From the NCBI GenBank assembly GCA_035496015.1, contig DATJFA010000254.1, positions 1-48,806 of the forward strand: a DNA stretch of 48,806 nucleotides. Reading direction: 5' to 3'. The notes beneath the pieces are model-generated. The model saw only the letters and a program-made list of their open reading frames with translations, searched no databases and was not told the DNA's origin. Shown here in pieces: positions 44,168-48,806 of this stretch (positions within the stretch are counted from its first letter, which is position 1; each line of letters opens with the position of its first letter). The DNA is from Terriglobales bacterium (GTDB taxonomy: Bacteria; Acidobacteriota; Terriglobia; Terriglobales; Acidobacteriaceae). Both the position numbers and the translations under genes were made by a program.

Positions 44168-45313
44168 ATGCAGCTCTCGCGCCGTGGTTTTCTGCGTTCT
44201 GCCAGCATCGCCGCCGCCGCAACCGCCGTTCTCGAACTGCCGGCGCTGGCCGTCCCCCCTCAAGTGGAAGCCGCGCACAGGGGAGACATTCCTACCGGCG
44301 CCATTAAGCTCAGCAACAACGAGAACGCCTACGGCCCCTCTCCCAAGAGTCTGGCGGCGATGCAGGCCGCGGGGGCGGAAGGCAACCGCTATCCCGACCG
44401 CTACAACCACCAACTTGTGCAAAGCATTGCTGCGCTTCACCAGGTGAAGCCCGAGCGGGTGCTCCTGGGCTGCGGCTCCATGGACATTCTGCGCGCGGCT
44501 ACAGCCGCGTTTCTGGGCCCGGGGAAGGCACTGATCATGCCCCAACCCACGTTTGAAGCCATTGCCGATTATTCCAAGCCTCTGGGTTCGCAAACCGTAA
44601 AGCTGCCCCTGGACAGCAAGTACGCGCACGACCTGGATGCCATGCTGGCCAGCGCGCAAAAACAACCTTCGCTGATTTACGTATGCAATCCCAACAATCC
44701 CACCGCCACCATCACGCCACGCAAAGATCTGGAAACTTTCATTGGCAAGCTGCCGTCCAACGCAGTCGTGCTGATAGACGAGGCCTATCATCACTTTGCC
44801 CTTGGCTCTCCGGGCTATGAGTCGTTCCTCGACCGGCCGGTGGAGGACGAGCGCCTCATCGTGAGCCGCACTTTTTCCAAGGTCTACGGATTGGCGGGAA
44901 TGCGCATCGGCTACGCCATCGCCAGCGGCGAAACCCTGAAGCGCCTGAGCGCGTTCCGCTCCGAGGAATGCCAGAACACAGCCGGAGTGCGAGCCGCCAT
45001 CGCCGGACTTGCCGACCAGGACTACGTGCGGATGGCCATTGCCCGCAATGCAACTGACCGGCAAGAATTCTTCAAGCAGGCCAAAGCGCGCGCGCTTAAC
45101 CCGATTGACTCGCAGGCCAATTTCATCATGATGAACGCCTCGCGGCCAGACCCGGCGGTGATTGACTACTTCCAGAAGAACAACATCATCATCGGGCGCA
45201 AGTTCCCACCCATGGACAATTACGTGCGCATCTCTCTGGGCAAGCCGGATGAGATGCGCCGGTTCTGGCAGGTCTGGGACGAGATGACGCGGGCGATTCC
45301 GGCCACCAGCTAA
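44168..45313 (+). CDS. Class II PLP aminotransferase (histidinol-phosphate aminotransferase family) with a twin-arginine signal
   Basis: MQLSRRGFLRSASIAAAATAVLELPALA Tat motif, LSNNENAYGPSP, and PLP-Lys block SRTFSKVYGLAGMRIGYA. Confidence 0.85.
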   Translation: MQLSRRGFLRSASIAAAATAVLELPALAVPPQVEAAHRGDIPTGAIKLSNNENAYGPSPKSLAAMQAAGAEGNRYPDRYNHQLVQSIAALHQVKPERVLLGCGSMDILRAATAAFLGPGKALIMPQPTFEAIADYSKPLGSQTVKLPLDSKYAHDLDAMLASAQKQPSLIYVCNPNNPTATITPRKDLETFIGKLPSNAVVLIDEAYHHFALGSPGYESFLDRPVEDERLIVSRTFSKVYGLAGMRIGYAIASGETLKRLSAFRSEECQNTAGVRAAIAGLADQDYVRMAIARNATDRQEFFKQAKARALNPIDSQANFIMMNASRPDPAVIDYFQKNNIIIGRKFPPMDNYVRISLGKPDEMRRFWQVWDEMTRAIPATS

Positions 45314-45387
45314 GTCATTTTCCGACAGCCTGATTGGCGGCGCTAAACTCAAACTACGGATTTATCGCGGTGGACGAGGGCAGGACT

Positions 45388-45756
45388 TCAGGCGCAGGCT
45401 TCGCACCATTGGTGGGCAGAGGAAGGTGCAGGCTCGGCGGCTGCTTCCGCCGCCGGGCCGATGGCAAATACCGACGTCAGATTGGTGAGTTCCAGCACCT
45501 CGGCGACCGGCGCCGAAGGCCGCATCAGCTTGAGTTCGGTGCCCAGGCCGTTCACGCAGGTGTGCAGAAACACAAGCGTGCCCAGGCCGCCGGCGTCAAT
45601 GCGGTCCACGCGAGAGAGGTCAAGAACAATGGCCCTCTTGCCCAGCTCGCAAAGCACCGCCTCGCGCAGCGCGGAAAGAGCGTTGCCCACGACGATCCTG
45701 CCGTCGCAATGAAGTATGGCCGTCTCCCCGGTTCGTTCTATCCTTATGTTCAGCAT
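45388..45756 (-). CDS. STAS domain protein (anti-sigma-factor antagonist-like)
   Basis: MLNIRIERTGETAILHCDGRIV…VLDLSRVDRIDAGGLGTLV. SD gaggag lies before the ATG at 45756. Confidence 0.75.
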   Translation of the reverse strand: MLNIRIERTGETAILHCDGRIVVGNALSALREAVLCELGKRAIVLDLSRVDRIDAGGLGTLVFLHTCVNGLGTELKLMRPSAPVAEVLELTNLTSVFAIGPAAEAAAEPAPSSAHQWCEACA

Positions 45757-45942
45757 TCTGAACTCCTCTATTCTTCTATACCATCCCATACGCAAATCTG
45801 TCGTTAAGAGTTCATTAAAATGTGCCGTAGTCAGCTCAATCTGCAGTAATGGACGTCTCAGGGGGACAGAAGTTAGCTAAAACAGTAAGCTTTCGTGTCG
45901 GCGGACCTTGAAGTGAGCTGCAATCCCCTGCAGAGTCGAGAC

Positions 45943-46485
45943 TTACCGCTGGCTGGCTTCACCAGCGGCCACGCGCTGGTTGAACTTCGCCGACTGATTG
46001 CGCGGAATGCTCAGCGACTTCCAGCGCGCGTGCTGCAAGTGCTTGGCCAGGAAGACGATCTGCCCTATATGGTAGGCGTAATGGACGATTTGGCGATTCA
46101 CCGCCTGCATCACCGAATGGGCTTCACCACGAATGGTCACCTTGCGTTCAACATCGGCCGAGTTCAGCGGTTCCACCGCCTCGAACAAACAGCCCGCCTC
46201 CCACATCTTGATCAGCGACTCCCGTGTGGCGGGCGGCTCGTCGAACTCGCTGTCGCGATTGCGGTCCGGTTTTTCGCCGTCGCCGGTCAGAAAGTTGGTC
46301 CAGCGTGAGCGCATGTTACCCGCTATGTGCTTCACGATCTGGGCAATGGAGTTCATCTCTGGATCGAGTGTCGCCAGCAACTGCTCATCGCTGACCTGCG
46401 CGATCGCCTCTTCCCCCAGCTTTTTGTAGTAGCGAAACAGCGCGAGCGAATCCTCAACGTAATCGGTGGTGAACTGGAGCGCCAT
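45943..46485 (-). CDS. DinB-superfamily / DUF1572-like protein
   Basis: SIAQIVKHIAGNMRSRW…HYAYHIGQIVFLAKH four-helix His pattern. The start is taken at MALQFT. Confidence 0.7.
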   Translation of the reverse strand: MALQFTTDYVEDSLALFRYYKKLGEEAIAQVSDEQLLATLDPEMNSIAQIVKHIAGNMRSRWTNFLTGDGEKPDRNRDSEFDEPPATRESLIKMWEAGCLFEAVEPLNSADVERKVTIRGEAHSVMQAVNRQIVHYAYHIGQIVFLAKHLQHARWKSLSIPRNQSAKFNQRVAAGEASQR

Positions 46486-46630
46486 GCGGGTAATTTTACG
46501 GCACAGCGGGAAATCTAAAGATGAAGAACTAACCACATTTACCCGCATGAGATTGGTTAAGAGATAGCGGCGATTTCTGCGGGCGGGTGTGGGGCACCCG
46601 CACCCTGCAGATGTGGGAAACCCGCGCCTT

Positions 46631-46996
46631 TCAGTCCATCAGAGAAAAGGCCTGATCGCAGCGGAAGGCGATGGCGTACTTGCCTTCAGGAACGAGTTCG
46701 TCCACACGGGCCACTTCGCCGATGCCGCTCAGGCGGATGCTGCGCTCCAGGCGCGATTCCAAAACCAGCACCAACTCGCCGCGCAGGCCCACAGGCAGCA
46801 TTTTCTCCGCCAGCATGAGCACTCCATCCTTGCTCACATTCTGGGTGACGCCGCACAATTTCTCATTCTCGGCCTGGAGCGGGTGGACACAGGCAGGCTG
46901 CTTCAGCGGGAAGCGGCGGCTTTTGCGACGTTCGGTTTCGTGCATGTGAGCTGAGCTGCGCCCCCGCAGCTTACCTCGGCCAGAGCCGTACATCAT
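46631..46996 (-). CDS. PilZ domain protein (putative c-di-GMP receptor)
   Basis: RRKSRRF (RxxxR) and NVSKDG (D/NxSxxG) motifs at the expected spacing. Confidence 0.75.
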   Translation of the reverse strand: MMYGSGRGKLRGRSSAHMHETERRKSRRFPLKQPACVHPLQAENEKLCGVTQNVSKDGVLMLAEKMLPVGLRGELVLVLESRLERSIRLSGIGEVARVDELVPEGKYAIAFRCDQAFSLMD

Positions 46997-47115
46997 CTTC
47001 CGGGGCAGGGTGCGGCGTCCACAATTATTTGCACAATGCGCATTATCCTGCTTTCACAAACAGCGCGTAAGTGATTTGAAAGATTCGGGAAAACCTGACA
47101 GAGCGGCGAGGCGAG

Positions 47116-47895
47116 CTACTCGACCACCAAGGTGCCGCGAGGTTCCTCAGCGTGCTCACGGGCGGGATTCTTGCGCGATCCCTGGGGCGAGGAGCCGGGA
47201 GCGTTATCCGCCTCGGCTTCGCGGTGGCTGAGGGCGTAGAGCACCAATTCCACCCGGCCGGAGATGCCCAGCTTGTCGAAGATGCGGAATAAATAGTTCT
47301 TTACGGTGTGCTCGCTGAGGTTGAGCTGCTTGGCGATTTCGCGGTTGGTGAGACCCTCAGCCACGCAGGAGACCACCTGCTCCTCGCGCTTACTAAGCAA
47401 GCTCTTGCCCTTGGCGTTGACAATGTGCAGCGGGGCCACCTGGCCCAACGCCTCCAGCACAAACTGCAGTTCGCCGTTATTGGCCCAAATCTGCCCCTGA
47501 TGCACGCAGACGATGCACTTGCAGAGCATCTTGAAGGATTGAGAGCGGCAGAAAATGCCGCGCGCGCCGCCGCGGAAGGCATCCACCACCAGATCGCGGT
47601 CAGAGGAATCGAGCAGCAGGATGGTACGGGTGCGGGGATGGGTGGCGCGGAGTTCGCGCAGCAGCTGAAAACCGCTGAGGGGGCCATCCTGCAAATTGGC
47701 GCTGATGACCGTCACCTGGGCCTCTTCCTGCTTCAGGAGGCCCATAACCTCGCTCATGCTGGTGGCACAGCCCACCACGCGGAAGTTGTTGTTGCGCTGC
47801 AAGGAGCTGGTAAGAAGCTGACAAGCCATGCGGTTCTCATCGGCCACCAGCACGCTGATGGCTTTCTCCGATTGTGGGACCGCATGCACCGACAC
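47116..47895 (-). CDS. LuxR/NarL-family regulator with an atypical (probably non-phosphorylatable) receiver domain
   Basis: C-terminal HTH LSKREEQVVSCVAEGLTNREIAKQLNLSEHTVKNYLFRIFDKLG. In the receiver, beta-3 reads QVTVISANLQDGP, where the phospho-acceptor Asp is expected. Confidence 0.85.
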   Translation of the reverse strand: MSVHAVPQSEKAISVLVADENRMACQLLTSSLQRNNNFRVVGCATSMSEVMGLLKQEEAQVTVISANLQDGPLSGFQLLRELRATHPRTRTILLLDSSDRDLVVDAFRGGARGIFCRSQSFKMLCKCIVCVHQGQIWANNGELQFVLEALGQVAPLHIVNAKGKSLLSKREEQVVSCVAEGLTNREIAKQLNLSEHTVKNYLFRIFDKLGISGRVELVLYALSHREAEADNAPGSSPQGSRKNPAREHAEEPRGTLVVE

Positions 47896-48405
47896 CGAAC
47901 CTGCTCCTGTTGCTGCAAATTGTAACGGCGACCCCAGCTAGCTTACAAGGGAATTGCCCTTGAGGGCTGAGGGTAACCACCAAAAACAACAGCACTTCTG
48001 GGCCAGTCTACGGCCAGTTGAAGGATACCACCAGAGTAAGAAGGTTCAAGGTTACTATGGTTCGGCGGCTGAAGCCAGCTTGCAACGCTAAATACATGAT
48101 TTGGAATGTCTTTACAGCTGGCAGCCGCTCTCCTGGTCCTGTCTACAATGGCAACCGTCAGGCTACACTTCTGTTGGGGCTTGAGGTTGTTCTTCTCTAA
48201 GTCGTAAGACTCCAACACTAGTCCTGGCCATGGAAGAACATACCTCAGCTTCCCTGTGAATCCTTTAGCTCAGAGAGGGGTACCCACCCAGCATCGGTTT
48301 GGAGACAAGCATCCAGTTGTGGGTAGATGCGCAAAAAGGTAGTTTAGTGGTGTGCAGGATAGCCCCTGAAATAACGGGGGACGAACGGAAAAAGGGAAAC
48401 TGTTG

Positions 48406-48806
48406 ATGAGCACGGCGGTGGGCCTGCATCCAATCAAGTTGCACACCCCTAGCCAGGGCGAGGGCGAGGACCGAGAAACGGCGGGCACGCAGGTGCAGTG
48501 GTATGCCGCTTACACGCGTTCGCGCCACGAGAAGGTGGTGGCGGAAACGCTGGAAAAACGCACCGTGGAGCACTTCCTGCCGCTCTATGAGACGGTGCGG
48601 AAGTGGAAAAACGGCCGCTTCAAAGTGCAGTTGCCGCTGTTTCCCGGATACCTGTTCGTGCACATAGCCCTGAGGGATCGGTTGCGGGTGCTGCAGGTGC
48701 CGGGGGTGGTGCGACTGGTGGGATTCAATGGCGTGCCTGCGGCGCTGCCGCAGGCCGAAGTTGAGATTATTCGCAGCGCGCTATGCAAGGGTGTGGAAGC
48801 CGAACC
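48406..48806 (+). CDS. NusG-like (UpxY/RfaH-type) transcription antiterminator, 3' partial at the window edge
   Basis: NGN-domain signature WYAAYTRSRHEKVVAETLEKRTVEHFLPLYETVRKWKNGRFKVQLPLFPGYLFV. It is not in the ORF track because it runs off the end. Confidence 0.8.
   Translation, partial: MSTAVGLHPIKLHTPSQGEGEDRETAGTQVQWYAAYTRSRHEKVVAETLEKRTVEHFLPLYETVRKWKNGRFKVQLPLFPGYLFVHIALRDRLRVLQVPGVVRLVGFNGVPAALPQAEVEIIRSALCKGVEAE

Noticed and set aside
43970-45352. 460-aa minus-strand ORF opposite the aminotransferase gene.
   Set aside because: It is a shadow ORF typical of high-GC DNA, with Arg/Gly/Val-rich low-complexity translation. The plus strand carries clear PLP-aminotransferase motifs.

Overview
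This is a 48.8-kb, high-GC chromosomal window that looks like an Acidobacteriota (Terriglobia-like) genome. The hallmarks are PadR plus two tandem ADOP/MacB-type duplicated permeases, an acidobacterial VWFA-related protein, giant SBBP- and NHL-repeat surface proteins, and dense REP-like intergenic repeats. I can support about 37 protein genes. I find no intact RNA gene, no CRISPR array and no intact mobile element. (1) Positions 1-4.8 kb look like a decayed integration hotspot. They hold two 45-nt tRNA-Pro(UGG) 3' fragments (anticodon loop to CCA) 95 nt apart, a ~90-nt companion module present twice, degenerate copies of the tRNA end, a truncated gene, a frameshifted gene and an orphan ECF sigma. 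(2) Positions 4.8-18.9 kb, all on the minus strand, are the most interesting part. An ECF-like sigma, a zf-HC2 anti-sigma and a signal-peptide-bearing TPR-CHAT protease form an operon. Two paralogous secreted proteins of unknown fold and a 66-aa cytoplasmic protein follow it. The block is flanked by two ~1030-aa beta-propeller proteins that share an unusual C-terminal double-hydrophobic/lipobox-like module. Two of these genes share a 31-nt upstream motif. (3) Positions 19-45 kb carry a PQQ dehydrogenase with dihaem cytochrome c, MoxR, DUF4149, an M28 peptidase, ychF, a four-helix-bundle (23S rRNA IVS-protein family) gene, a ZIP transporter, VWA / S55 peptidase / beta-propeller genes, LolC/E, an FAD reductase, CFA synthase, PadR-ADOP-ADOP and a Tat-signal aminotransferase. 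Heptanucleotide-period repeat arrays sit at many gene boundaries here, often as inverted pairs; one pair brackets the four-helix-bundle gene. (4) Positions 45-48.8 kb are a regulatory cluster: STAS, DinB, PilZ, an atypical LuxR response regulator, a 0.5-kb lower-GC leader and a partial NusG/UpxY-like gene. All functional calls rest on motif recognition by eye; no database search was run.
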